Positions 26,473-38,880 of a stretch of 64,000 nt of DNA are shown here, piece by piece. A model generated the notes under the pieces. It did not search any database. It had not been told where the DNA came from and worked only from the letters and a program-made list of their open reading frames with translations. How positions within the stretch are numbered: the stretch's first letter is position 1; every line of letters begins with the position of its first letter. The position numbers and the translations under genes are program-made. This DNA comes from Eledone cirrhosa (Eukaryota). The DNA is taken from assembly GCA_964016885.1 (NCBI GenBank), contig OZ024746.1, positions 45,446,001 to 45,510,000 on the forward strand, given 5' to 3'.

Positions 26473-27276
26473 GAAACACACAGATACATGCGGACACACA
26501 CATATACATGAATGCATCCGCACCCAACCGTGAGTTAAGGGTGCCAACTTCACCGATGTTGCTCAATGAATGACTGGGACAGACCAATCCGGTTGAACCA
26601 GACTGAACCAGTATCAGAGTTAAAAATACATTATGAAGAGAGAAGAAACATTTAGATATAATTAGTAATAAAATGTATCATACCTAAACTGCTCCTAGAT
26701 TCCTCGACTACGTAGTTTCGTGGCATAAACAAAAACAATACATCATAAAGATATAGAGTCCTTGCGAGGTCTGCCGACTTATCAAGAGGATACCTCATTT
26801 TACTAGTCTCAAGAACGCGTCTACACGACGTGAGAAAGAATCCCAAAAGGCGGAGGGGGAGATAGTCACGCGATATAACGGTCGAGAAACAGAGCTAAGC
26901 CTCTTATAACCCCAAAGAAAATACCACGGAGGCGGAGGGGGTATTCATATCGAAGCCGTAGAAGAGGTGGTGAAGGAGGCGAGAAGTATGAGTAATGGAA
27001 GCTTTCCAGCAGTCCCCACACCTCAAAGATTGCTCGACCAGAGGGAGTTATTAACAATATATTTAGAAACACACAGATACATGCGGACACACACATATAC
27101 ATGAATGCATCCGCACCCAACCGTGAGTTAAGGGTGCCAACTTCACCGATGTTGCTCAATGAATGACTGGGACAGACCAATCCGGTTGAACCAGACTGAA
27201 CCAGTATCAGAGTTAAAAATACATTATGAAGAGAGAAGAAACATTTAGATATAATTAGTAATAAAATGTATCATAC
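26464..27276 (-). mobile_element. Partial-tandem hammerhead-bearing element (593-bp period; PLE pLTR/retrozyme-like)
   Basis: 220-bp direct repeats 26464-26683 / 27057-27276 that look identical; hammerhead just inside; no TG..CA termini; (TA)n flank. Confidence 0.75.
26701..26790 (-). ncRNA. Type I hammerhead ribozyme with U3-A8 core variant
   Basis: TCCTC-TTGATAA-GTCGGCA..TGCCAC-GAAAC-TACGTA-GTC-GAGGA. Perfect stem I, 6-bp stem II with one bulge, palindromic loop III, GUC cleavage triplet. Confidence 0.78.
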
Positions 27277-30232
27277 ATATAAAGTGAAGATAGGCATTGT
27301 TTGGTGTTCGGAACTTGCATGCTACACCGTTCATCCAATGTTCATGAAACTTCACACATATATAAAACTCAACGCGTAGAGTGGAATAGGCCACTTGAAA
27401 TTTTCGAAAAATCGATATTCGGGCCCTATGACAGAATGTTTTTCGATTCCAATGAAATTTTATGTGAATTCGAACACAAGAACTCTTAGTTTACATCTGG
27501 CGCAATAAAAATAAATTTCATATGCCCATATAAGGACGTGCGTTATTGATTGGACGGCCAGCTGTCTCAGTAAACGACCGACCATTAAAGAGTTTATCTT
27601 TTCATATTCCACCTTATTCAAGTGGAAATACAGTATTATCCCTATCTGAAAAGGGAACCAAATTTAATGGTGTCTTTTGTGATGCTAAAAGCTGTGAGTA
27701 AATTTTCAAACAGTCTTAAATAATCATGCTTTTTGAAAAAAAAATTACTAAATAATACGTTGACCAAGTTGTATTGTACACATACAAAGTTGTAAAAAAT
27801 GTTACGTCCGTATCCAATGTTTTCCTTTTTTAAACAAAAGGTTCTAAAAAATTACTTGGCGATATCCAATTTAAGTGGACTAAATGCTGCTTGCGTGCTG
27901 TAGTTGCTGCTTACTTCAATGTATGAGGCTATTCCAACAAATTTACATTCCCTTTTTTTTAGCCGTTAAAAGAAATATAGATTTATATATTGTTTTCTTT
28001 TTGCGATTTATTTGCCACTGGGGCATAGATTTCTTTATTTGCCACGTTTTTGTTTGTTTGTTTGTTTTTTTTGCGATTTATTATATAAAAAAATAAGTCC
28101 TCAATAGAGAGGCAGCCTTTTGGGGTCACCCCCCCCCCGTAGAAAGTGTACGACCTTTCTGCCAGGGAGCACAGAGAGAGGGGGGTGCTCCCTTCTTCTC
28201 TTACCTGTACAAGCCGATATAGAGAGATGGCCCACTTACACGGGACATTATTGCTACTTTCGCTACCCGCCTAATGCTCTAGTGGCAAATAAATCGCAAA
28301 AAAACAAACAAACAAACAAAAACGTGGCAAATAAAGAAATCTATGCCCCAGTGGCAAATAAATCGCAAAAAAAAAAACAATAAATAAATCTATATTTCTT
28401 TTAACGGCTAAAAAAAAGGGAATGTAAATTTGTTGGAATAGCCTCATACATTGAAGTAAGCAGCAACTACAGCACGTAAGCAGCATTTAGTCCACTAAAA
28501 TTGGATATCGCCAATTACTTAATTTATAATACTACTGTTACAGTCTTTTGCACAGGAAGTGAGTAACTTTTCGGGTGTTTAAACGTAAGTTCACCAGGGT
28601 TTGTGTCTTCATTATTAGCCCACCTCTAATGGCATTTTTTGTTCTGCTTACGACTAAATGTTATGAGCGTATTTGCAATTAATTGCGCACACGTGCACAC
28701 ATTTTGGCCGAGAAGCATCCTGTGCAGCATCGCGTCTTCTAAAGCGATCAACATGCCATCCACTGTCCTCACAATTGACTCACAACTCCTCATCTATTCC
28801 CTGCGACGCTCCTAAATATCATCAGCATGGCTTATTTTTCTGCCGCTTTTAACCGGCACTTATTCTAGGTCATAAACAACCAAACCGCATGTCTATTTAA
28901 ATTAATGGTCAAAATGTTCAGCAAAACAATTATACCAATTCTTCCCCTTCACCTCCAAGGCCTAGCCATTATATCTTATAGGTCGGGATTCGCAATTTCT
29001 ACGATTTCAATATTGACACAACAATCCGTCAGGTTTTTCGGCACATTTTGCTCCGATAGGAATATCAACGTGATTTTCACTTAATTCGTAAGTGTTCAAT
29101 CTTCCGTATGCTTTTATTTTTTTTATACAACACCGACTACAATCACCTAACTTCACTTTGGGAAACAATCCTGTGATATACAACACCACCAAATTCTTTG
29201 GTCTACCTAGATTTCAATGGCTATATCCTTTGCTTTTGTACGGTTGTACATTTGACAATGTCGCAAAACATTATTCCACTTGATTGTTACCTTTCAGCTA
29301 TGAATTGGGCAGTGCTTTAAAATCCCGTTTTATTTGCGTGCAATTTTTTTGTATCTTATGTATGGAGAATCGAAAACCCTTTTTCTCATAACCTGATACA
29401 TGCGTTACACATGCTCCATGGATGTTTGTGGACTATTTTTTTCAAAATACCAATATCACAGATTGGAGCACAAAAGGAAACGTTTGTTCTTCATTTATTT
29501 AAATCCAGCGCCTTATAAATCTGTGTGTATCCGGGTACACTAGCTAGAAAGAGAAATGGAAACATTGATTCCTCGGTCCGATTTGACGAAAGTAGATTTA
29601 GTTCCACAGCAAATTAACAAACCATACTTGAAGACACGTTGAGGCTGTTGCAAAGGGCAATAACCCTAGATACAATTTTGATCAACTTTTTTTCACCTAT
29701 AGCAAATTTACCGGGACAGGTTTTTAGCTACTCAAATCTACTTCAGAGATCACGCATTGATGTAAAAAAAATCAATAAAACTGAAGCGGGGCTCGACTTT
29801 GCGCAAAAAAAACAAGGCAAAGTTACCCATGGGAAAACTTTTTACAGGAACGTCCGATATTCTTGAAAACTGTCACAAAAGACACGCCATTTTAATTCTT
29901 CTTCAAAGGCCCTTTTAATTCTTCTTCTGCACATGTGAGCGCGAACATTGTAAAAAAAAAAAACCCTGAATAAAATCGACATTTTCACCCTGCTTTAAAT
30001 TAACTGAACATTCAATATCAAGCGATTTTGACTTCCGTCAGTCGTGCAGAGAACAATTTCAACGATACACTGTGTAACTACAATTAATAAATTACACACC
30101 TGCGTCTACTAACCTATTTTTTTTCATTGAAGTTCGAAGTTTTGAACCTGTGATGCGCGGGAAGTAACTTTCACACATTCTAACAGACCAAAGGTCGACT
30201 TACACCCATGCAACGCCGGTTACTTCTGCTAG
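27277..30232 (+). mobile_element. Non-autonomous composite Helitron
   Basis: 5' ATATAAAGTGAAG..ACCGTTCATCCAAT..AAACTTCACAC resembles Helitron-N heads. 3' CCCATGCAACGCCGGTTACTTCTG-CTAG|T. Internal 3'-end-like CCGGGTACACTAGCTAG near 29532-29548. No TSD. Confidence 0.7.
27858..28512. mobile_element. Long-TIR MITE (Merlin-like) nested in the Helitron
   Basis: ~225-bp TIRs starting GGCGATATCC; exact 8-bp TSD AATTACTT (27850-27857 / 28513-28520); tandem subrepeats within the TIRs. Confidence 0.8.
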
Positions 30233-30249
30233 TATAATATATATATATG

Positions 30250-32858
30250 GAAACAGAGGCCAACCTGCAGAAGAAAGATCTGGAAGCTGAAAGAGCCCTC
30301 AACCTCAACCAGTAACAGATTTAAAGATATTTTACTCAACGCCTACGACAGTAAAGAAGAACAGATAGAGACATTCAATGTAGAAGAGAACTGGGAGTTC
30401 CTAAAAAATAACTTACTAGAGGCGACGGATGAGGTCTGTGGCTGGAGTAAGACCTCAAGCAGGAGGAGAGTGACTTGGTGGTGGAACAATAAGGTAGATG
30501 AGGCAGTTAAGGCCAAGAGACAGGCATGAAAAGAATAGAAGAATGGGGGGAGCAGGGTACATTACATAGAGACCAAGAGGGAAGCTAGGCGACAAATATA
30601 CTTAGCTAGGAGGGAAGCAGAGGATAGAAAATTCAAGCATGTTTTGCAATGTGAGGACTAGAAATAGGAGGTGTTCAAGATTGCGAAGCAGTGTGTCAGA
30701 GAGAGTTGTGATGTCATTGGAGAGAAGTGTATCCGGAATGATAAAGGTGAGCTTGCCCTCACAAGTGCTGAGAAGAAAGAGGCATGGAAGAGTCATTATG
30801 ATAGATTACTAAATGAGGAGAATGCATGGGAAGAAGAGGCCCTACCCCAAGTAGACCCTATAGAGGGGCCAGCAGTAGCAGTCAGCAGCAACGTAGTAAG
30901 TAAGGCAATCAAAAATATGAAGATGGGGAAGGCAACCGGTCCATCGGGTATAGCTGCCGAGATGCTGAAGGCATCTGGGTCTGTAGGTCACACTATAACC
31001 ACACGTATTGTTAACCAGGTAATACTAGAAGGTGTCATACCAAAAGATTGGTGCAGTAGCATCATTGTCAACTGCTACAAAGGTAAAGGTGATGCACTAG
31101 ATAGAGGAAACTATAGAGGTATAAAGCTGATGGACCAGGTCATGAAAGTAACAGAAAGAGTTATAGCACAGTTGATTAGGGACCGGGTGAAACTAGACGA
31201 GATGCAATTTCGGTTTGTACCAGGAAGAGGCACCACTGATGCCCTCTTCCTTGTCAGGCAGTTACAGGAAAAGTACCTAGCTAAAAGTAAGCCACTCTAC
31301 CTGGCATTTGTCGACCTTGAGAAAGCCTTTGACAGAGTTCCACGTGCTGTAATCTGGTGGGCTCTTAGAAAACTAGGAGTAGATGAATGGCTTGTGAAAG
31401 CGGTACATGCCATGTATGGGGGAGCAGTCAGCAAAGTTAGGATTAGCAATGAGTATAGCGAGGAATTTAGCGTACAGGTTGGGGTCCACCAGGGCTCTGT
31501 TCTTAGCCGCCTCCTGTTCATCATAGTCCTGCAGGCAATAACGGAGGAGTTTAAGGCCGGATGCCCATGGGAACTCCTGTATGCTGATGACCTCGCACTT
31601 ATAGCTGAATCTATGGTAGAACTAGAGAATAAATTCCAAACTTGGAAGCAGGGACTAGAAAGAAAGGGTCTCAAAGTCAACATGACAAAGACTAAGGTCC
31701 TTGTAAGTAGATGAGAAAACAGAACCCAGATCCCCTCAGGGAAATGGCCTTGCTCAGTATGTAGGAAAGGTGTAGGTACGAACTCCATTCTCTGCCCCAA
31801 ATGCAAACAATGGGTACACAAGAGATGTAGCGGGATCTCAGGAAGCTTAATTAAGAATGTAGGCTTCACATGCAGCAGCTGTGCTGGGACAGCAAGCAGC
31901 AAACAGCCGCAGGAAACAAGTACCACCAATCTCTGGGAGGGCTCTGTAGAAACAGTAGACAGCTTCTGCTACCTAGGTGACCGAATTAGCAGCGGAGGTG
32001 GGTGTTCAGAAAGTACAATAACTAGGGTAAGAATGGGATGGAAGAAGTTTAGGGAACTACTACCACTGCTAGCTGCAAAAGGCTTCTCCCTCAGAATGAA
32101 AGGCAGACTGTATGATGCGTGTATCCGAACAGCGATGTTGCATGGTAGTGAGACCTGGGCGCTGAAGGTGGAAGACTTACGTAGATTAGAGAGAAACGAA
32201 GCCTGCATGCTCCGATGGATGTGTAACAGTAATATACGTGAACGACAAAGCATAAATGAATTGAGAGAGAGACTGAGCATAAGAGGAATCAAATGCTGTG
32301 TGCAGGAGAGGCGGTTGCGCTGGTATGGACATGTGATGCGTATGAAGGATGACAGCTGCATAAAAAGGTGCAGAGCACTAGAAGTCGATGGAAACCGCGG
32401 AGTGGGGAAACCCAAGATGACCTGGGATGAGGTGATAAAAGCCGACCTTACCCAATTACACCTCTCAAAGGCAATGACACACGACCGTGACCTCTGGCAT
32501 CACGCAGTAATACAGAGTACCCGACCTCCCATGGGTACAAGCTGAAGCATATAGACAATATGCCCCCACCCCCCACCCCCCACTGCAAGGTGGTCGTGGA
32601 GGTGCCACGGCAAAAAAGCACCCAGCCCACACTGTAAAGTGGACGTGTAGGCGCCACGAAAAAGCACCCAGCACTCACTGTAAATGAGGTTGGTGTTAGG
32701 AAGGGCATCCAGCTGTAGAAATCAAGCCAAATCAGTTCCTGTATGAGCAAGGCATGGTCAGCCGACCAGACACTGCCCACAACAGGACAACCCATCTAAC
32801 CCATGCAAGCGTGGAAGAACGGACGTAAAACGGTGATGATGATGATGATGATGATGAT
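30250..32858 (+). mobile_element. 5'-truncated RTE-type LINE (RT + PHD finger + 3' UTR), disabled by stops
   Basis: KATGPSG, NYRGIKL, FVDLEKAFDRVP, GVHQGSVL and YADDL in ORF 30671-31714; in-frame TGA at 31712, frame continues to 32545; (GAT)n tail. Confidence 0.95.
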
Positions 32859-33126
32859 ATACACACACACATACGTATATATATATCTAGCCCACACTAT
32901 AAAGTGGCCATGTAGATCTCACAACAAAAAGCACCCTGCACTCACTGTGTGATTGGCATTAGGAAGGGCATCCAACTGTAGAAACCAAGCCAAATGCAGT
33001 TCCGTATGAGCAAGGCATAGTCACCTGCCATGGCATTTTTCACAACAGGACAATTTGTTTAATCCCTGCTAGCATGGAAAAATGGTCATTAAACGATGAT
33101 GATGATGATGATATATATATAGACAT

Positions 33127-33553
33127 TGTAGTGACCTACATTCCGCTGGCTCATATACATTCTCTGCGCGTTATTTGGCTCAGATCAGCCAATGACTGCC
33201 AGTGGAGGAGAATGTATTTCTACGCGCCCTGCAGGGAAAATCTCCATGCCGATTCGAGAAATCTCTCTCTTGCTGCATGAACCATTCAAATGTAAACACC
33301 AGCTTTTCTTTAGCCGTGAAATCACTAGCCAATATGTAACACAACAACTTAACCACAGCCTGGCAACACCTTCAGCCAGTAGACTGTGCCTTTCTGACAT
33401 CTTAATTCGTTTGTTTTATTTCTCTTGGCATGTCAGCTATACTCAGCTCTTCACAGCTCAACCTTTGTTAATAAATAACATAAAACAAAATAAACATACA
33501 TTTCATCTCTTATTTCTGCTGTTGACATTATTATGCTTCACGTGGCGCTACTA
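33127..33553 (+). mobile_element. Possible solo LTR
   Basis: Starts TGTAGTGACC, ends GGCGCTACTA (imperfect inverted termini); AATAAA ~80 bp before the end; no clear TSD. Confidence 0.4.
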
Positions 33554-34910
33554 ACTATAACATATATTAACTGCTAAAACATTAAATCTTGATGATGACT
33601 AGATATATATACATATATTTTGCTGGCATTGTTTTGATTGCTGCAGTCTGAGTCAGTTTAATCTGGATTTATTGCCCTTGTAGATAGATTGTTCACCCAG
33701 TTTTTAATATAGCTTATAGAGTTGGATGCTATTATAAACACCAACCAATTAACAGTATACAAGGTGCATTTTACTGTGACACCAGCATTAGAGAGATTGT
33801 TATATCCTTGATAAACTTTCCTTTCTCTACATTGTCTCTGATTTGATTGCTAACCTGATTTGATAGCGGGTCATTTTATCTTGGCACCAACACTAAAGTA
33901 GTTGTATGATAAAAATGTTTTCCCTATGTTATGCCATTTGCAGAAGTCGACATGTGTGTAGTTTTGAGAGGGATGGATTGAACAAGAATTTACATGAGAA
34001 TAGATTATGTAAATGAATGTGGAAATAGAAAAAGTAATGTATGGTATGGGAGTGAGAGACAATGGTAGCTACATGTGCTTGTTAGTATGTGGTTGAACTA
34101 TAGCTGTGTATTGTGGTAGGACAGTACTGTATAGCAAGAGGGAAGAGTGATGGAGAGACACTAAGTGGATGAAAATATTAGAATATGAATAACAGTCTGA
34201 ATAGGGAACAGAGTGATAAGTTGGCTGAGAAGGGACAGCTATAGCTACATGTTGCCTATTGGTAGGGGTTTGAACAATAGGAGTGTTACATGGTAGTAGA
34301 GGACTCATGATAAATTACAATAGAGAAATGATTGTGGATGCTGGCTAAATCTCATGGAGGAGAAACTAATGATGATGGCTTGCAGTAGTAGGTGATAGCA
34401 TGTTATATGCCTGTGAATGATGGGTAAATGTCTATTTAGTCTTGATAGGATGAATAAAGAAAATGATTGATTATCAGTAGAGAATGATGTTCTCAAATAT
34501 GAAGAGATATCCCATTCCTTTGACCTTTGTAGAGGCAAATAGTTAGTGGTGAGAGAGAAGTAAAGTGATAATTGATAATTGTTGTGATAGGAATAATGGC
34601 TGATTGTGAAACAGTAGAGAGTTGAAGGTATGCTAATGATAATGGGTAAGATTATAGTAAAGAGTATAATGATAGTAGGTGCTTGTTTTATAAGATGTAC
34701 TTAAATACATTAAATATGCACCAAATAAAGAAGACAATGACAAATTTAGAGCCAAAATACTGTATATGTTATTAGTAACTGTTTAATTTAAAATTCTACC
34801 AAAGCATCTAAAAAGAATTGGTTTTCAAACACCAGTATCAGGAAAACTTTAAAATAAATAATCACTATTAATATAAATATCACACACGCATACAACCATG
34901 TATAAAATAT

Positions 34911-35929
34911 AATAATAATAATAATAATGAAATTATTGTGTAAAGTGCTCAGGTGCACTACAACTCATCAAAGGTGTATGTATAGTACATAGAATAATAC
35001 ACAAATGTCAGGGAAGTGAATAGTGTATGAGTCATGGTATACATGTGTGTATGTGTATGGAGGAGGAACGTTAGGTGTAGTGTTGGCGGATCTCGGGAAG
35101 CATGGAGGCCTTAAAGGATGCAGTGTCTCGACAGCTAACAACCGATGCAGGTAGTTTGTTCCATGCTTCAGCAACTCTGAGCGTGAAAAAATGTTTCTGA
35201 AAGTCATGGGAACTGTGCTGTTGTCTGACTTTGTGGGCATGCCCACGTGTGTTAGACACATGGAAATCAAAAAGGTACTCAGGGTTGTTGTTGGCAAGAT
35301 GGTTAACAATTTTGTGGGTGTTTACCAAGTCAGTTGCCAGACGTCGGAGCTTCAATGTATCCATGCCCAGGGAAGCAAGGCGCTCAGAGTATGGTAGATG
35401 CCTGATGGAGGGTATTCGCTTGGTTGCACATCTCTGAACAGTTTCCAGGCGGTCAATGTTCTGAGCAAGATAGGGGTTCGAGACTGGTTATGCAAATTCT
35501 AAGTGTAGCCGCACCATAGCCATGTACAGCCTTAAATAGATAGCTGGAGAGTGGCTGACAAAGGTCTTGCTGAGTGATGCTAAAACACCCTCGGCCCTCT
35601 TGACAATTTTAGAGACGTGCTTCATCCAATGTAAATCGCTGCTGACCGTAATGCCCAGGTCACGTTCACAAGAAGACTTCTTGATATTAGTGCTGTGGAG
35701 GGAGTATGTGGACGCTGGGTTTTTACTCCCAAAATGCATGGTGGTGCACTTGTCCACAGCTAGCTTGAGTTGTCAGTCTGAGATCCATTGTTGCATTGTG
35801 TCCAGGTCAGACTGCAAGCAAGATCTATAGTGTTCAGATCTGTCCTTTTTATCTCAAGGTACAGCTTGATGTCATCGGCGTACTTTAGTACCGTGGCATT
35901 CTTTAAGTTGGCATCTATGTCATTAATAT
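34911..35929 (-). mobile_element. 5'-truncated CR1-group LINE copy
   Basis: KYADDIKL, ERDLGI, HLEFA and FFTLRVAEAWNKLP; closely similar to 61130-62270; in-frame stops; (ATT)n tail. Confidence 0.93.
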
Positions 35930-35930
35930 A

Positions 35931-36223
35931 TAATTGTTTCTACTTTTGGCACAAGGCCAGCAATTACCCAGTACATTACTGGTACTTTATTTTATCGACC
36001 CCGTAAGGATGAAAGGCAAAGTTAACCTTGGCGGGATTTGAACTCAGACCATAAAGGGCCGTAACTCTTTGCTGCAAAGCATGGCGTCCGACCCTCTACC
36101 GATACTGCCAATCCACCGCCATGTATATATATAATTGTTTCTACTTTAGGCACAAGGCCAGCAATTACCCAGTGCATTACTGGTACTTTATTTTATCGAC
36201 CCCGTAAGGATGAAAGGCAAAGT
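35931..36223 (-). mobile_element. Full SINE (35931-36120) plus partial SINE (36132-36223)
   Basis: Reverse complement of the main SINE consensus. Confidence 0.88.
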
Positions 36224-36399
36224 CAATGTTTACAAAATATATTTGTACAATATGTAAAGCTTTTCCTTCTTAAAATATAAAAAGAATATATATATATATA
36301 TAGATTGCCAGATAAATTAACTATGGAGAAATAAAAGATACAGAAACAAAAACCAACCCAACCAAACAGTGAGTGTATTCTATTATTATTTCTAGCAAA

Positions 36400-36600
36400 G
36401 GCGGTAGATTGGCAGTATCGGTAGAGGATCGGACGCCATGCTTTGATGCATAGAGTTACAGCCCTTGCCATTCTGAGTTCAAATCCCGCCGAGGTTAACT
36501 TTGCCTTTCATCTTTACGGGGTCGATAAAATAAAGTACCAGTAATGCACTGGTGCACTGGGTAATTGCTGGCCTTGTGCCAAAAGTAGAAACAATTATTG
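36400..36600 (+). mobile_element. tRNA-derived SINE, main family, inverted relative to 35931-36223
   Basis: GGCGGTAGATTGGCAG head, B box, core and tail. Confidence 0.88.
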
Positions 36601-38633
36601 TTTCTAACAATATTATAACAATATGACCCTCCCCAAATATAACAATATATATATATGTATATATATATAGATATATTCATATCTCTATATACTGAGATAT
36701 ATGTACATAGAGGTACATATAATCATATTATGACTTTCAACTCATGTAGGAGGAAGATCATCACTAATTATTAAAGGGATAATTATTTTCCACAATATCT
36801 CTTGACAGATCTTATAATCAAGGTTGCATATGTATGCAGGAGTGTATTCTGATGATTGGCATTGTATTTTTTAATTCACTAATAGTATGCAGCACTCCCA
36901 TAAATCTCCCATGAGGACAAGCTGAAGTTACATCCAGTGAAGCCTCTAGCCCATGCTGTAAAGTGGTTGTGTCGGCGACACAACAAAATGTGCCCAGCCC
37001 ACGCTGTAAAGTGGTCATGTAGGTGTCATGACAAAAAGCACCCAGTACTCACTGTAAATGAGGTTGGCATTAGAAAGGTCATCCAGCTATAGAAACCAAG
37101 CCAAAATTGGTTCTGTATGAGTATTATGGTCACCAGACCATGGCATTGCTTAGAACAGGATAACTCGTCTAATCCATGCCGGATGTTAAACGGTGATGAT
37201 GAAGGTGATGATTTTCAGACCTTATAACATCAACTATTTAGTACACAATCTATTGTTATGAACTTACTGCAGTTAATTACCTGTCTGACTTTAGAAATTC
37301 ATTGGTGCCTTAATCAAGCCAGTCTCAAATTCTGCAGATCAAGGTTCTTCCCATCCAGTTTGCAAATTGTACATTTTTGTGTAGCTACATTCTGCCTGGG
37401 AAATATTTAGTTTTTCAAAATAATCTACCAAACTTATCCTTTTTTTCCATTGATGTGATAAAACATATTTCTTTCCCAGTTGCCCTTGGGTATTTCAAAT
37501 GAATTCAAAAAGGAATTTTCAGTCCTCCAATCACAGATTTGGTGGAGAGAGCACCAGGCAAACTCTTTCTGCATATAAATTCACTAAACAGTATCTGCTT
37601 CAGGACCCCCTGATTATTCATTTGTACAAGGCATCTGAGCCAACAAACACTGCTTGAGCATTATGCCTCAATACTCAAGTTTTCAGCTCTCTTCAATCTT
37701 GTGTTTGGATTTGGCAAAGACTAGTTAATATTTAGATGGACCCTGCCATATTCCTACTAACATTAACCCATTATTTCATTTAATTGTCAAATGATTTAAA
37801 TATCAATAAAATGTGATCTGGAGAACTGAGTTTTCAGAGTATTTTCCACAAGTATGCTCTGTTCACAATGTTGAAGACTTTGTTAGATCAATAAAAACTG
37901 GCCCAAGATCTATATTTTACTCATAGCATTGATCTTGCATACGTCTGAATGGGAAAATCCTATTTATTGTCCCTCTGCCAGAATGAAAACCACACTGAAA
38001 TTCTGGAAAGTAATCAACTGTAAAGGAATTATTCAGGTGGGTAAGAAGAATACTTGTTAAAACCTTACCAATGGTGACCACACTTTATTCTGACACCTAT
38101 TTAAGAATGATACATGATTGCATCATTCTAATCCTAGGGAACAGCACTACTTTTAGTAGAGATGTTGTGTGATAAGCCTGCCACCACATCATAAGTCCTC
38201 AGTGTGCATTCTACCTTAATCAGGAGACCTACTTAGATTCAGTACACTTATTGCCATTGGGTACAATGTCCAAGGAGTTGGTGACAGGTTTTCGTTTATT
38301 GCATCGTTTACAACAGTTATATTGTTTAAGAATTAAGAAAGAAAACAAGGAAGCTAATGCTGAACATTTAGACCATATGTTTGTCTCTTAAGTTGATAGA
38401 ATTTATTGCATTAATTAGCACCAGTAGAAATGTGAAAGCCACTGACAAGAATAAACAATTTGCATGTGTCTAAGTAATCATTCCAGTTGAGATTTTATAT
38501 TCTTGTAATGAATAAGTGCTGGGCTCCATTGCTCAACTGATAGCCTAATGTAGTAATACACTGTGGCATTGCTATTACCCATATCCATATACATATGCAC
38601 GTACATATATGTTTATGTATATATATATATATT

Positions 38634-38880
38634 GTTATACTTTGGGAGGGTCATGTTGCCAATAAGAAACACACGCACCAGTTGCTTTCAATTCAATTTA
38701 TTATAAATTAAATTTATAAATTTAGGAATTTATAAATTTCTGGTTGGTTGGTTGGTTCCACAACCAGACGATTGTTCATATATTGTCAAAGTTCTTTCGT
38801 CACACATTCTGTGACCTCTTCAGTGACTGGGGATTATTTTCTTTGTTTTTGTGCCTCTCCTTTGTTCTGTCCTACGCCAT
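38634..38880 (-). mobile_element. PLE pLTR fragment between (TA)n tracts
   Basis: Hammerhead, then AATAAA, then GGTGCGTGTGTTTCTTATT on the minus strand. Confidence 0.6.
38785..38827 (-). ncRNA. Minimal hammerhead ribozyme motif
   Basis: GTCA-CTGAAGA-G-GTCACA-gaatg-TGTGAC-GAAAG-AA-CTT-TGAC. Confidence 0.65.

Noticed and set aside
26464-27276. LTR retrotransposon/TRIM interpretation
   Set aside because: Direct repeats lack TG..CA, PBS, PPT and TSD; the hammerhead and partial-tandem layout fit a PLE/retrozyme better.
31297-32415. Minus-strand ORFs of 210 and 148 aa (similar cases at 25366-26091 and 59835-61814)
   Set aside because: Antisense shadows of LINE RT coding sequence.
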